DNA of 64,000 nucleotides, taken from the IMG/VR virus record IMGVR_UViG_2654588048_000003, positions 14,809-78,808 of that record; one strand, written 5' to 3'. The DNA comes from a virus (lineage: Duplodnaviria > Caudoviricetes). Numbering within the stretch: the stretch's first letter is position 1; every line of letters starts with the position of its first letter. The notes below the pieces were generated by a model, which was given only the letters and a program-made list of their open reading frames with translations, ran no database searches and was not told where the DNA came from. A program made the position numbers and the translations under genes. Below are positions 29,049 to 39,890 of this stretch, in pieces.

Positions 29049-29612
29049 TCGCCCTCTGTTTTGCCAGCAACTCTTCGACGTGCGCCTCATGGAAATCAAG
29101 CACATCAGAAAGGGTTGCTGTGGTTCTCAGGTCATGGCCTGTGTATTTTCCGCGTAGGATTGGAGTCATTTTCAACCAGTCCACATCGGAGGAGGAGGAA
29201 CTTACTTGCCGAGGATCGCCGAGAGATTGATATTTTTCGCAGATGCGACCCCAGCGGGCAAAAAATCCGCGAAATGGAATATCACCCCGTCATAAATCAC
29301 CTGAAAATAATGTGAACGGTGAGCGTTCCAGTGGCTATTGGCGGTATCCGGTCTCTGCAACAGGACAGTTTCACCTGACTCATCCGTGGCCGTGATATAT
29401 TTCAGAATGAATTGTTCAACGCCGGCCATTTCGGGCGAGCCAATATTGGATAAAATCGCCCCTAAATCCACGTCAACGAGGGGTTTTCCAGTCTCAGAGA
29501 CTCCGGAAGTTTTGATGCAGCCTTTCAGTAGGCCAATCAATTTCATTGCGTGATTTTTGGCATCCATGAAATTCGCCTGGCGGTGTTCGTAAGTGATGTT
29601 ATCGATAATCAT
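29032..29612 (-). CDS. Tail assembly chaperone (29202-29612) plus -1 frameshift extension ending at 29032
   Basis: T TTT TTG at 29259-29265; -1 frame open to ...VDWLKMTPILRGK...RANDANR-stop. Confidence 0.75.
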
Positions 29613-30046
29613 GAGTTATAAATTCCTTTCTTGAGCTTCATGGTCGAGGTTGTGGATTTCAGTGTCCACGATGTACCGTTATGTGTCGTACCACGGGTAG
29701 CTGTTGGCGGCGTGGTAAAGAAGCAGCTTTCCAAAAGAATCTCATCGCCGTTAATCGTATCTTTGTAATAGATATGCAGCGGTGAAAACGCCTTCGGTGT
29801 ATTTATTTGAATGTTGCGCAGATTGTTGAGGAATTCATTATCAGCGCAGTGTTGCAACAATTTGAGGGTGAGTATCATTCCCTTATTGCAGGTAGCAACG
29901 AATACCCCATTGCCGTTCACACCATAGGTAATGTCGCCATCATCACCCACGGGCGCTATATTCAGCGCATCGCCTGTATTCTCGTAGCCTGTAATCTCAT
30001 AACCAGAGATAGTCAGTATGGATTGAGCGTGATTATATTGAGCCAT
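29609..30046 (-). CDS. Tail tube protein (DUF3277-like)
   Basis: Follows sheath; TLKLLQ..ADN..L. Confidence 0.8.
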   Translation of the reverse strand: MAQYNHAQSILTISGYEITGYENTGDALNIAPVGDDGDITYGVNGNGVFVATCNKGMILTLKLLQHCADNEFLNNLRNIQINTPKAFSPLHIYYKDTINGDEILLESCFFTTPPTATRGTTHNGTSWTLKSTTSTMKLKKGIYNS

Positions 30047-30055
30047 GTTTACCCC

Positions 30056-31567
30056 TTAGCGGTTAAATTGGATTAGCAGATCAACGGAGTGGATAGCCCC
30101 CGCCAGTTTGATTGCACACATGATAGGCATGGCTTTACGTTCTTCACGAACAGCCTCTGATTGCAGGTCATAACTGTCTGAGTAGAAGTAAAACCCCTCG
30201 TCCAGTCTGTCACCGTAATTCAGTTCGCCTATCTCGTTCCCGCGCCAGAGTCCACCCGCCAGAAACCCATTGCGCACGAACTCATTACCGATGACGGTCA
30301 GAGCGCCGATCAACATCGCCTGACCTTTATCAGATTGTGAAATTTTGGTGGGGTTAGCCTGTAGGGTCGTGAACGCCTGTTTCTGGCAAGCATCCAAGAA
30401 AGCATCAAGGCCAACGGTTTCATCAATGAACACACCGCCTAACATGACACCCTCAGCCAGCATTGAGACGCTGTCATAGTCGGTATAGAAGTTCACGCCT
30501 AAGCGCCTACACTTCTCAGCATCGGATAAAGTTATCCGGTCATCAGAACGCACGGACGTTTGCTGTTTGAACTTGACGGTCTTGGCCGAGTTCTGCGCGT
30601 TCCAATTGGTAGATAATGCAATCCCCAGCAGAGAAACGGCGGCGTGGTCATCACCTGTTTTGTTGTACTGCACCATCAGGCGACCTGATTTTTTGTCGTA
30701 CAGCTTTTTCAGGATATTGTTATTGTCCCAGTCAAGCAGCTCATCACGCAGAGCCGTGTATGCCGCGACTTTCATCTCAGCAGATGCCACCCATGTATGC
30801 ACATCATCCAATTGCTCATCAGTGATAGCGTCAGCAAAATACACGCCGTACCAGTCCTGATACACGTTCTGGAGTTTATGCAGTGCTTCGGACGGCAATT
30901 CCTGTTCAACCGTGACCGCCGCTTTGCCAACGACAATCGAAGCTTGTCCGTCTTCCAGTTTCAGCATATTGCCGACATAGGTTCCCACATTTGACTGAGT
31001 GACATAGCCGAGTTTGGTCGCTGGATTGGCTCCGGCTGCCTGTGCCTGAATGATGACTCGATGCCCTGTGGCATCCCAGATAACAGACAGATTACTGTTT
31101 TCAGGTAGACCTTTTTGTATAACGCCCGCGACATCAGAAAAATCAATCGCCTTGCTGAAATTCAGGGTGGAGAGGGAAGTATCTTTACCGCCGACATTCA
31201 GTGTCATTGATCCGTCAGTAATGGCCTTAAATGCGTTGATACCCACTGATATTGTCGAACCTCTCAGTGCGTTAGCTGTGGCGGGGATTTCCTGCTTCGC
31301 CTTCGCCCATCGACCGATTAAGGCGCGCTTTGGAGTAGGGCGCACAGAAAACAACGATTGTGCCGCTTTATATGCCTCCGATTTCGTGCCGAATAGGTTA
31401 GCGGCATCCTGCGCACTGGACACAATAACGTAACGTGTCGTGTCATCCGTGAACGCACTCCCGATTTCAGGTGTGAAAATGGCGACCATGCTCAAATCAC
31501 GGCGCTGTGCCGCCATTGCCTGTGGCATGATCTGAGCATTGACCACCTCTTTAATAGATAAGCTCAT
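30056..31567 (-). CDS. Tail sheath protein (DUF3383)
   Basis: FG..SEAYKAA..LFS, KFKQ, KLAGAIHSVD. Confidence 0.9.
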   Translation of the reverse strand: MSLSIKEVVNAQIMPQAMAAQRRDLSMVAIFTPEIGSAFTDDTTRYVIVSSAQDAANLFGTKSEAYKAAQSLFSVRPTPKRALIGRWAKAKQEIPATANALRGSTISVGINAFKAITDGSMTLNVGGKDTSLSTLNFSKAIDFSDVAGVIQKGLPENSNLSVIWDATGHRVIIQAQAAGANPATKLGYVTQSNVGTYVGNMLKLEDGQASIVVGKAAVTVEQELPSEALHKLQNVYQDWYGVYFADAITDEQLDDVHTWVASAEMKVAAYTALRDELLDWDNNNILKKLYDKKSGRLMVQYNKTGDDHAAVSLLGIALSTNWNAQNSAKTVKFKQQTSVRSDDRITLSDAEKCRRLGVNFYTDYDSVSMLAEGVMLGGVFIDETVGLDAFLDACQKQAFTTLQANPTKISQSDKGQAMLIGALTVIGNEFVRNGFLAGGLWRGNEIGELNYGDRLDEGFYFYSDSYDLQSEAVREERKAMPIMCAIKLAGAIHSVDLLIQFNR

Positions 31568-31569
31568 TG

Positions 31570-32067
31570 CTAATCCTCATAAACAGTAATATCGACCGTT
31601 CTCGCCTGATTCATTGGCGTTTCTATTCGGTGGATATGAGAGAGAGTTAAATCGATTTGGGCGCGCTGTTCTTTACCGCCAGCAATGGCGGTAGGCAGGT
31701 TTCGAATCTGGGATTTCCTGACCAGTCCAGCCCCGATACGGGTCAGTAGCGATTGTGCGTAGCTGGTTCTGAGAACAGTGGCGAGTTTTTCAATAATGAG
31801 ATATGAGTTTTTGCCGAAAGCATTGACAGAGATAAGGGTTTCGCGGGTGACGGTGATGATTTCGACTTCCCTGTCTGCATCGAACTTGTATTCCTCGCCT
31901 ATCAGTTCCGATGTCACCCGATTGACCGTAATAAAATGGTTCATATCAGAGACATCAGTTTCACCGTCACCATCCAGTACTGGCAATTCCTTACGTGATT
32001 TCAAAACCGTCGCTATCGTCTGTCTGACTGCCCTCATATCGAGTTGCGAGAGAGTCGTAGTATCCAT
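31570..32067 (-). CDS. Tail terminator/neck protein
   Basis: Synteny; EQRAQIDL. Confidence 0.7.
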   Translation of the reverse strand: MDTTTLSQLDMRAVRQTIATVLKSRKELPVLDGDGETDVSDMNHFITVNRVTSELIGEEYKFDADREVEIITVTRETLISVNAFGKNSYLIIEKLATVLRTSYAQSLLTRIGAGLVRKSQIRNLPTAIAGGKEQRAQIDLTLSHIHRIETPMNQARTVDITVYED

Positions 32068-32326
32068 AGTCATTCCAACGTGCATTACTGACGATGCGCC
32101 AGCGGTAGCCATTCCAGAAGAGTAAATCTTTCACTTTCACTTCTTCCTGAGTCAGTACTTTGACAGTTGGGTTATAGCGATCCCCCTCCGGTAGAATTTT
32201 CAGGTCATCCTCTCCGGCTGGGAAAACGATACAGACCAATGTTCGGCTATTCCCATCAGGAGAAGTGAATTCATGTTCTTGCCGGAAGAAATCGTCATCA
32301 AAGATATCGTCAACAAAGTTATCCAT
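31991..32326 (-). CDS. Head-closure/adaptor protein
   Basis: LKILPEG.R, W.DYGY. Confidence 0.7.
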   Translation of the reverse strand: MDNFVDDIFDDDFFRQEHEFTSPDGNSRTLVCIVFPAGEDDLKILPEGDRYNPTVKVLTQEEVKVKDLLFWNGYRWRIVSNARWNDYGYYDSLATRYEGSQTDDSDGFEIT

Positions 32327-32789
32327 CTTCGCGTACCTCGTAAGTAATGGATTGGAGTAACTGCCCTGTGTCGATAAGAGGCTTGGATGACCCCTTGCGC
32401 TTGATGGTTTTCGGGTCTAGCGGGGGAACTATGCCAGCCTGAATTTTCCGTTTAACTTCTCCCGCCATTTTCTCACCAAGCAGGGCAAATGGTGTTTCTT
32501 TATCCCCATCGGTTAACAAGGCTTCCCGGATATTCTTGGCAAGAAATTTTGCCGCTTTCTCTTTGTTTTCGTTTACCGTTGAACGCAAAAAAGAACGCTC
32601 AGGAATATGACCAGGCACACCAAATTCATGAGCAGCCGCGACAACTGCATTGCTAATACCTGTTTCATCGTTCCTTTGATTTTTCGATGCTGGCACTCCA
32701 ACATAAACACGTAATTTTTCCATCTCACGTAGTTTTGCCGCCAACGCCTTGAGTCCATCCCCTTGAAAATTGCCAGAGTTTCTAATCAT
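32319..32789 (-). CDS. Neck/tail completion protein
   Basis: HEFG..IPERSFLR, KGSSKPLIDTGQL. Confidence 0.85.
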   Translation of the reverse strand: MIRNSGNFQGDGLKALAAKLREMEKLRVYVGVPASKNQRNDETGISNAVVAAAHEFGVPGHIPERSFLRSTVNENKEKAAKFLAKNIREALLTDGDKETPFALLGEKMAGEVKRKIQAGIVPPLDPKTIKRKGSSKPLIDTGQLLQSITYEVREDG

Positions 32790-33148
32790 CGCACCACCAA
32801 CATATGTCGAGAGACCAACTTACGCAGACTCAAATACGTCTGCCCGTAGGAACTGGACGCATAGCCCTCATGGTTAGCCCCGAACCCCGCATCAGGCGCA
32901 GAGTAGCCGGTGGACAATCCACCCGCTGATTTACTCATGGCTATTTGTACGGGTTTTCCGTTGCTGTTACCGCGTCGGGTTAATGCGCCAGAGACATAGA
33001 GGAAGTGAGCAGCAAGCGCCTGTCGCCCCTGTTCATAGAGCTTATTCCATACTTTGCTGCTCATTTGGTTAGCAGCATCCTGTAGCGCTATCTCGATGCG
33101 ATTTTCGTCAACTTTGGCAAATTCGGGGTAACGGGTGAGAAAATCCAT
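32786..33148 (-). CDS. DUF4054 head-tail adaptor
   Basis: F..RYPEF, AAH.L, SSYGQ.Y. Confidence 0.85.
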   Translation of the reverse strand: MDFLTRYPEFAKVDENRIEIALQDAANQMSSKVWNKLYEQGRQALAAHFLYVSGALTRRGNSNGKPVQIAMSKSAGGLSTGYSAPDAGFGANHEGYASSSYGQTYLSLRKLVSRHMLVVR

Positions 33149-33162
33149 GTTACCCCCTGTGG

Positions 33163-34122
33163 TTATGAGCTTTTGTAATCTACATACACGGCAGACTGTG
33201 GCTGCTTCCACATTGCACCACCGAACGCGGAGCGATAGCCACACTCGAAAGTCAGCAGGTCACGAGCACGAACAGGCAGCAGTTCAGGCATGTGAACTTT
33301 CATTTCGATATATGCATCATTGTACGTGTAGATCGCTAAGCGGGTTTTGCCTTTAACAATACCCTTCGCAAAGTTAGACGGAATCTTCACGAACGTGATG
33401 CTGAATGAGTTATCGTTTGATGCCTTACGCAGTGCCGCCATAATGCGATCCATTGCTGATACTGGCAGAAGGTCAACACCAACAATCACGCTGTTAGTAT
33501 CAAATTTCTGCATTGCCAGCATGAAATCACGCGCATCCATCGCAACGTGTGTCGGCTGAATGCGATAACCCGATTTAGCCCATGCCACGTTATAGGCATC
33601 AAGAACCATGTTGATGAATTCTTCTGCCTTCATATCCTTGATAGACTTACCCGTTACTTCGGTGATTAGCTGAACTTTCCCACCTGTCAGCAAGCCTTCC
33701 TGTCCTTTCACATCTTCATGACCAACGTACCCAGCATACTGAATGGTTGCCATTGCGTTGGCGTACAGGTCATCTTGCTTTTGTGTTTGCAGGTTAATGT
33801 TAAGGCGGGCGATCTTTTCCAGTTCTTGCTGAGTCCAAGTCGCCGCTTTAGCCCACTGACCCACAGGTGCTTTGTGCCATTCGATATCGCTATCGATAGT
33901 TTTCAGTGAGTTGGTTTTGTTACCGATGATGCCGTCTTTCAGTGAACCCATAACATCAGTCACACCAAAATTAACGTACTCAAGGGAGAAATCCAGCCCT
34001 TCCGCAATCGGCAGTGCTTCACCGATATTCAGTTCAGGGAGTTCCTTTTCTTGCAACTCCATATCGCGCTCAGTCAGCGCCTCTTGCAATACTTCTTCAA
34101 AGTATGCGGTTTCCATAGCCAT
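33163..34122 (-). CDS. Major capsid protein (DUF2184-like)
   Basis: 319 aa after decoration gene; synteny and size. Confidence 0.85.
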   Translation of the reverse strand: MAMETAYFEEVLQEALTERDMELQEKELPELNIGEALPIAEGLDFSLEYVNFGVTDVMGSLKDGIIGNKTNSLKTIDSDIEWHKAPVGQWAKAATWTQQELEKIARLNINLQTQKQDDLYANAMATIQYAGYVGHEDVKGQEGLLTGGKVQLITEVTGKSIKDMKAEEFINMVLDAYNVAWAKSGYRIQPTHVAMDARDFMLAMQKFDTNSVIVGVDLLPVSAMDRIMAALRKASNDNSFSITFVKIPSNFAKGIVKGKTRLAIYTYNDAYIEMKVHMPELLPVRARDLLTFECGYRSAFGGAMWKQPQSAVYVDYKSS

Positions 34123-34125
34123 CTA

Positions 34126-34605
34126 TTACTCTCCTACTTTTTGAGTGTAACCAAGGGTGATAGCCACGCAGTGATTACCGGCGCTAACTTCTTCAACCCA
34201 ATAACCTAAATCGATGTTGCCTTTTGCCGTGATAGTCACTTTCCCTGCGTTCTTGCCAGTTGCAACAACATACGCCTTACTACCACGAGTAAACTCATCG
34301 CCTTCTACTGCTAACGCGCCTACGCAGTCACCGTGAGAAAAATGACCAATGTTTACCTGTTTTTTGTGCGGTGCTTTATCACCGTAGATATCACGAACGA
34401 CAATACCGTGGATCACATCCGTCAGAGATGAGAGGGTCTTCACTCCACCTTCTGGATTTACTGCAACAAAAGTACCGTATGGCAAATCTGTTTCAGTGCG
34501 GTTTTCTTCACCCCAAATCTTGTCGTTTGAGCTGGAAGCCCGCTTGATAGAACCGGGCTTAATCGTGCCTCTCTCGGCATCCCAATCTGTAAATCCAAAT
34601 GTCAT
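34126..34605 (-). CDS. Capsid decoration/cement protein
   Basis: LPYG.FV, GIVVR; precedes capsid. Confidence 0.75.
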   Translation of the reverse strand: MTFGFTDWDAERGTIKPGSIKRASSSNDKIWGEENRTETDLPYGTFVAVNPEGGVKTLSSLTDVIHGIVVRDIYGDKAPHKKQVNIGHFSHGDCVGALAVEGDEFTRGSKAYVVATGKNAGKVTITAKGNIDLGYWVEEVSAGNHCVAITLGYTQKVGE

Positions 34606-34607
34606 GA

Positions 34608-35765
34608 TTATTTACCTCCGAAACGTTGAGACGCTGACTTTTTCGCTGCTTGCGCTGAGTCAGTGAGAATATGCGTACCGATATTGCTGCGTGGTTTTGA
34701 TGTCGCCTGAACAGCCGCATATGCTGCACGAATTTCATCGTCAGACATCGCCTTGACCTGAGCGTCGTTAAACACTTTGGTGCTTAACAGAACTGCCGCA
34801 CGGACATCACGCGAGGATTTGGCATCGTTGAAATTCACTTTCGGGAATCTCACTTTGGCATCGTTCAATGTAGAACTGGTGTCGCTCTCACCTTTCAGCT
34901 TTTCCAGTTCCTCTTTGAGCGAGGCGTTTTCTGTTTTCAACTGTTCGTTTTCAGCTTCCAGTGCTGCTATGCGTGCGTCTTTGTCATCCGTACCACCAGC
35001 AGCCGGATCGTCATCATTTGGCTTGGGTGGAGGTGCTGCGCCTTTTGATGCTTCCAATTGAGCTTTTAGCTCCGCCAGTTGAGCCACGATTTCCTGCGCT
35101 TTCGCTGTGGTCTCTGGTGCTGCATTGCCTTCCAGTTCTTGCAGTGTTTTTTCCAGTGCATCAATCATGCCGATCAGCTCTTCCTCGGTCAGAGGTTGCC
35201 CCTCGGCATCTTTAGTGCGCTTACCCTTGAGTAATGCAATGGCATCTTTCAATGTCTTAATCATTGGTCTACCTTTCTTGTCGTTTAATCTACAGGTGTC
35301 GCCTAAGCGCCCCTCAGCTACTACGGCAACATGATTGCCGCGAATATTGATTTGATGTAATCCACCGTTTTTCTCAATTAACTCAGCAGGCTCATAGCCC
35401 ACAGAGAGTTCCCGTATCCCTTTTTCCTCCAATACCTGAATGGCCTTGGCATCTTTCAGATAAGCGTCACAGACGATGTAATCACCGTCAGCCCTAACGT
35501 TCTGAATGTGACCAATAGTCTTATCCTTCCACTCGTCAGCGTTAACCTCACCGCTATCTGGATGCGTTAGCGTCAGTGTTAATCCGTCAAATGATTTTAG
35601 GGTTTCAGGCTTGGAGAGTTCTTCGATGGTGCGGTGAATGGTGATCTTCTTATTGATGTCTTTTCCGGTTAACCCGACTTCGTGTCCGTAATACTCCACT
35701 GGGCCAGCACGAGTTATCCGCGCAGAGGTTTCAACGTAACCCTGCGGTGTTCGTTTCCACGTCAT
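34608..35765 (-). CDS. DUF2213 prohead protease/scaffold
   Basis: TPQGY, THP, ELSVGY, NHVAVV..GR. Confidence 0.9.
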   Translation of the reverse strand: MTWKRTPQGYVETSARITRAGPVEYYGHEVGLTGKDINKKITIHRTIEELSKPETLKSFDGLTLTLTHPDSGEVNADEWKDKTIGHIQNVRADGDYIVCDAYLKDAKAIQVLEEKGIRELSVGYEPAELIEKNGGLHQINIRGNHVAVVAEGRLGDTCRLNDKKGRPMIKTLKDAIALLKGKRTKDAEGQPLTEEELIGMIDALEKTLQELEGNAAPETTAKAQEIVAQLAELKAQLEASKGAAPPPKPNDDDPAAGGTDDKDARIAALEAENEQLKTENASLKEELEKLKGESDTSSTLNDAKVRFPKVNFNDAKSSRDVRAAVLLSTKVFNDAQVKAMSDDEIRAAYAAVQATSKPRSNIGTHILTDSAQAAKKSASQRFGGK

Positions 35766-35768
35766 GAA

Positions 35769-36635
35769 TTAATCCCATGAGACTTTTGGAAGAGCCACAC
35801 AACGACACTGATAGTCTGTGCCGGGTGCGCCTTCATACCCTTTGATACTTGAGCGTTTCTTCCACGTTTTACCGCCATCGTCTGAATAGACGGTGGGATC
35901 TGAGTATTTGCAGGTTTTGCCATTCAGAGCGACATGGGTTACCCGTTCTCGCTCATCACCCGCGCCACCCCATTCGTACAGGTCAAGTCCAAGCGCTTTC
36001 TGCCTTGTCTCGGTCAGGGCGGCATTGAGTTTCGCGGTCTGGTCACGGGCAATGAGTTTTGCTCGGCTTTGTGTGACCTGACCACGCTCACGAATGAGAG
36101 AGACTAAATTCTCGTGTCGCCCGCCTTTGGTTAGATTGGTGAAAACTTTTTCCCCGATATCGTTGATGAAATCCGTCTGTATCGATTTGATTAAATTAAC
36201 ATTCTCTTTTAACGCGCCGTCGAGTTGACTCTTTACTGCGCCATCACCCAACATACCTGTCAAATCAATCCCAAATACAGACTGGTAGGTCTTTTGCGTC
36301 TGCGACTTATTTTGCTCATTGGCGCGTTTGACCATACCGAATGACAACCGCCGTGCCATATCGAGAATGGACATATTCGCCAGTTTCTGGATTGCTCGTG
36401 AGAGTCGCGCGGTAATTGAGAGGGGAGGTGAATCTGGTGCGTCGTTCAGTATTGGGCGTTGCAGGTCTTCTATCACGACATCCTGCATCATCCTGATAAA
36501 TTCAATGAGCTTGTCACGATACCAAACCTCTGTCCTTTTACTGGGAGTAGGCGGACGCATTAGCCGATTGCGGGATTTGAGTCGCCCCTGCTTGCGCTCC
36601 AGCATCTCTTTCAGGCTGATTGCTCCATTGCTCAT
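35769..36635 (-). CDS. Mu gpF-like head morphogenesis protein
   Basis: RAKLIARDQTAKLN, DERER.TH, PG.DYQCRC. Confidence 0.92.
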   Translation of the reverse strand: MSNGAISLKEMLERKQGRLKSRNRLMRPPTPSKRTEVWYRDKLIEFIRMMQDVVIEDLQRPILNDAPDSPPLSITARLSRAIQKLANMSILDMARRLSFGMVKRANEQNKSQTQKTYQSVFGIDLTGMLGDGAVKSQLDGALKENVNLIKSIQTDFINDIGEKVFTNLTKGGRHENLVSLIRERGQVTQSRAKLIARDQTAKLNAALTETRQKALGLDLYEWGGAGDERERVTHVALNGKTCKYSDPTVYSDDGGKTWKKRSSIKGYEGAPGTDYQCRCVALPKVSWD

Positions 36636-37941
36636 TATTTACTCCTGCCAATGAACTAATATCCTCTTCTGTAACCGTGGTCAGAACGCCGCGAGCAACC
36701 ATCTCACGCAATGCTATGTCTTCGGGAAGAAAGCCCGCCTGAACCATTGCTGTGAATCCCGTTGCATACTGTCCAAATCGGTTCGCCTGTTCTGCTTCGT
36801 TGACGCTGTAGATAGAGGGGTAGGTGTAACTGATTTCAACATCAATCGTTAGCTTGTCGAGAATGAACTGATCAACGAAATCCTGCATGGGACGCAATCT
36901 GGACTCCTGCAAGCCGTTGATGGTCTCGTAGTACGCCTTGTTATCTTCTTCCCCAGAGGCAAACCCGCTAGCAGATTGACCAAACAGAATAGTGATTGGT
37001 CTGTCCAGCGCTCCCGCCAGCACGTTAATCATTCGGGTTATCACATCGGAGAGACCATTAAATTGCGCGTTTTTCTGTTCATAGCGGCTCTGCATCGCGC
37101 TATCACCAGCATCTATCAGCATCATCCCCGTTGACGACTTGGTCTGTTTCATCACTCGGGCATACTCGACTACCTGTGCTTCTTGCCCTGAGTCAATCTG
37201 GCGATTTAAGTCCGGCAGAAAAATAACATCAACGTTTGCCTCTTGGATTGTGTCACCCGTGCTCACAATGGTTGCATCGAAGATTTTGATAGCTTCATAG
37301 GGCGCTTGAATATCTGATGTGCCGTGTTTGGCGATATCTTTCAGGCTGCGTTGACCCAGCTTTGTACGGTGACAACGTGAATGGTGAAACTTAAGTTGCT
37401 GACTGCCGATACTGAGCTGATAGGTCTGAGGATGCCCAAAATATGGTGAGGCAATATCAGAGATGACTTTATCAGAGGGTGAGTATTCCCCCTTTCTCAG
37501 AACCAGAAACTTGATGATATCCTCTGACTGGAGATTTAGCGGTTCACTAATCATTTCATCAGGACAATCAGTCACCGCCACTATCAGCGAATCCCCCAGC
37601 AATGATGCCCAAGTCAGAGCATCACGATAGATCCCATACACATCTAACTCGCGCTCAATGTCTTCTATCCGTGTTTTCAACTCTTCATCAATATCGCCAG
37701 ATAGCTCACGGGGAAGTTTCAACATGTCATCGGCGGTTTTGTTGATAAACTTCTTCACCACCCATGAGTTTTTGTACATTGAGAGCAACTCTTTATCTTG
37801 TACATCTGCCTTATTGCCCGTGTACTTGATTGCCGCTACCCGTTCGCCAATTGAAGTGTGTGTACTGACCAGACCATCACTAAGGCGTGGGGCAGTCCTG
37901 TACGGAGTTTTAGCCTTCCGGCTATTTTTTCTTTTGCTCAT
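36538..37941 (-). CDS. Portal protein (DUF1073)
   Basis: Y..SW, HHSR, P.TILFGQS.SG..SGEED...YY. Confidence 0.9.
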   Translation of the reverse strand: MSKRKNSRKAKTPYRTAPRLSDGLVSTHTSIGERVAAIKYTGNKADVQDKELLSMYKNSWVVKKFINKTADDMLKLPRELSGDIDEELKTRIEDIERELDVYGIYRDALTWASLLGDSLIVAVTDCPDEMISEPLNLQSEDIIKFLVLRKGEYSPSDKVISDIASPYFGHPQTYQLSIGSQQLKFHHSRCHRTKLGQRSLKDIAKHGTSDIQAPYEAIKIFDATIVSTGDTIQEANVDVIFLPDLNRQIDSGQEAQVVEYARVMKQTKSSTGMMLIDAGDSAMQSRYEQKNAQFNGLSDVITRMINVLAGALDRPITILFGQSASGFASGEEDNKAYYETINGLQESRLRPMQDFVDQFILDKLTIDVEISYTYPSIYSVNEAEQANRFGQYATGFTAMVQAGFLPEDIALREMVARGVLTTVTEEDISSLAGVNNEQWSNQPERDAGAQAGATQIPQSANASAYSQ

Positions 37942-39164
37942 TACATGATGTCCCAAACTGTTGTCCTGCCTTTGATATACCCATCCAGCCCATAACGAGC
38001 AGCATCCCAACAATGGTTGTGCTTATCCTCAATCGTGGGGAGAACGTCGCCCGTGATACGATCTGTCTTGTATGAGTAGAGACGGGCTTCTTTTGCTGTT
38101 TCTTTGCAGCGTGGATGGATGATGATTTTCGTGAAGCCGCGCAGGTAGGAAATGCCATCTTCTACGCTGCCTTGCCACTTCTTGGCGGCTGAGATATTGA
38201 ATCCCTGCCGCTTGAGATAGCTGATTGTCTCCGGTCTGGCAGAGTCAGCTTTTATCGGCCACTTACGCACCTCGGGTATTTTGTCGTAAAATGCTGGCAT
38301 GTGGTCGAGTTCCACCCCTATACCGTAGGCTTCATATTCGATATGCAGAATGTTATCCAGAATGAACATACGGAGAAGAGTACTGGGATCCCGAGCAAAG
38401 CCGAAATCCCCACCAAACAGTAGCCTGTCCGCTTTCTGCCATAGGTCATCAGGGAATGATTCGATTTTGTACTTACCAGCTAGAACTTGCTTATCGGAGT
38501 TTTCGAGATAAGCCCCTTCCCATATCCAAGCGTAGGTGTTCGGGTCAAGACGTGATTGGTCACTCAGCCGCTCTTCTTCCAGCACAGACGGAAACCACGG
38601 ATTGTCGTTGTAGTTCATCTCGACAATTATCGAGTTTTCCGGTGGGTTCTCTCTGAATCGTTTATCGGTGGCGCTTCCGTCTCTTTCTGGGTTCCACGTC
38701 ACCCAAATTTCAGAACCTGGTTCACGAACTGTTGGTGTGAGTTTTGTCCATGCGGTTTCTGATACGGATTCAGCCTCATCAACCCACGCAATTAATATTC
38801 GTGCTTTAGACTTGATACTGTCGAGGTTGTGACGCAACCCAGCGAATACATAGCTTACTGACTTACATTTTGTTCGAATGTACTTCTCGCCAATCTCGTA
38901 GAAGTTAGCCAGCCACGGAACAGAGCGTATTGCTTGTTTCACTTCCTCCATTGATGATTCTTCAAGGGAGTTCATGTACTCACGAGCGCAGAGTATCACG
39001 CCCGATTGTCCGTTCTGTGCTGCCATGTAGCCACGAATAGCCGTCATTAATGCAAATGAACGAGTCTTAGCTGATCCACGCCCACCGTATGAACCGCGAT
39101 AACGATAGTCACCACTGAATACCGGAATGAGTTTGGGCGGGAGTTCAATTCTCGCTATTGTCAT
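37941..39164 (-). CDS. terL: Terminase large subunit, PBSX type
   Basis: GGRGSAKT, WVDEAE, DFGF, NHCWDAARY. Confidence 0.95.
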   Translation of the reverse strand: MTIARIELPPKLIPVFSGDYRYRGSYGGRGSAKTRSFALMTAIRGYMAAQNGQSGVILCAREYMNSLEESSMEEVKQAIRSVPWLANFYEIGEKYIRTKCKSVSYVFAGLRHNLDSIKSKARILIAWVDEAESVSETAWTKLTPTVREPGSEIWVTWNPERDGSATDKRFRENPPENSIIVEMNYNDNPWFPSVLEEERLSDQSRLDPNTYAWIWEGAYLENSDKQVLAGKYKIESFPDDLWQKADRLLFGGDFGFARDPSTLLRMFILDNILHIEYEAYGIGVELDHMPAFYDKIPEVRKWPIKADSARPETISYLKRQGFNISAAKKWQGSVEDGISYLRGFTKIIIHPRCKETAKEARLYSYKTDRITGDVLPTIEDKHNHCWDAARYGLDGYIKGRTTVWDIM

Positions 39165-39561
39165 TCTGACCTCCGGCAACCAGAATCACCTTGGTGGGTT
39201 GCGGGGACATTGAGCCATCAGGGGAACGGTGATCGATTTCCTGCTTATCAGAGTAACCGTGATTAGCCAGCATCAGCTTAGTAATAGTCGCGTTGAAATC
39301 ACCTGACAGGCCTTTATTAATCAGCCTACTTTCCTGTAGCGCCAAAATCCCTTCTAACGTGTCCGAAAACTCTTCTGATTGCTTCGCATATTCATAAACA
39401 GTTGAACGCGCTATAGCGAGATAACAGGCCAGTCCTGCAACGCTTGGAATGACCGCTTCTTCTTCATCTTTGTAACCGCCATACAGATATTCTTTTGCCT
39501 TAGCGATTAGCTCGCCAGTCAGCTTGCTAGGGCAACCAACCTGATTTGTTTGTTGTCCCAT
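39145..39561 (-). CDS. terS: Terminase small subunit
   Basis: IPSVAGLA, GL.GDFNATITKL.L.NHG. Confidence 0.85.
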   Translation of the reverse strand: MGQQTNQVGCPSKLTGELIAKAKEYLYGGYKDEEEAVIPSVAGLACYLAIARSTVYEYAKQSEEFSDTLEGILALQESRLINKGLSGDFNATITKLMLANHGYSDKQEIDHRSPDGSMSPQPTKVILVAGGQNDNSEN

Positions 39562-39704
39562 GTTCCATTTCCCCATAAATTAGAATAAATAACTGGTTCG
39601 GTTTATATAACCCGCTATTCGGACGATACCACCGAAGCCCAAAACCTATACAAACCTCTATCAAGCACCCGAATGTGGATGCTTTGCAGAATTTTGTGAA
39701 AGGG

Positions 39705-39890
39705 TCACTTAGATTTATATAACGCAAGCATTCCACTCACGGCCTCGTCTAATTTTTCTCGATACCATCGGGGTTCATCAGTCGGAACACGCCTTCTTTC
39801 TGATAAAACATCTCGTTGCGTCTTCGTATAGTCATGCGCCACCCTGAGAACTTCGGCCTGAACCACGGGATCTAAATCTGATAGTTTCAT
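39705..39890 (-). CDS. Hypothetical protein
   Basis: 61 aa, ATGA-coupled. Confidence 0.6.
   Translation of the reverse strand: MKLSDLDPVVQAEVLRVAHDYTKTQRDVLSERRRVPTDEPRWYREKLDEAVSGMLALYKSK

Noticed and set aside
36538-37941. Anti-CBASS Acb1 reading of the DUF1073 protein
   Set aside because: Position after terL and motifs identify a portal; no phosphoesterase domain evident.
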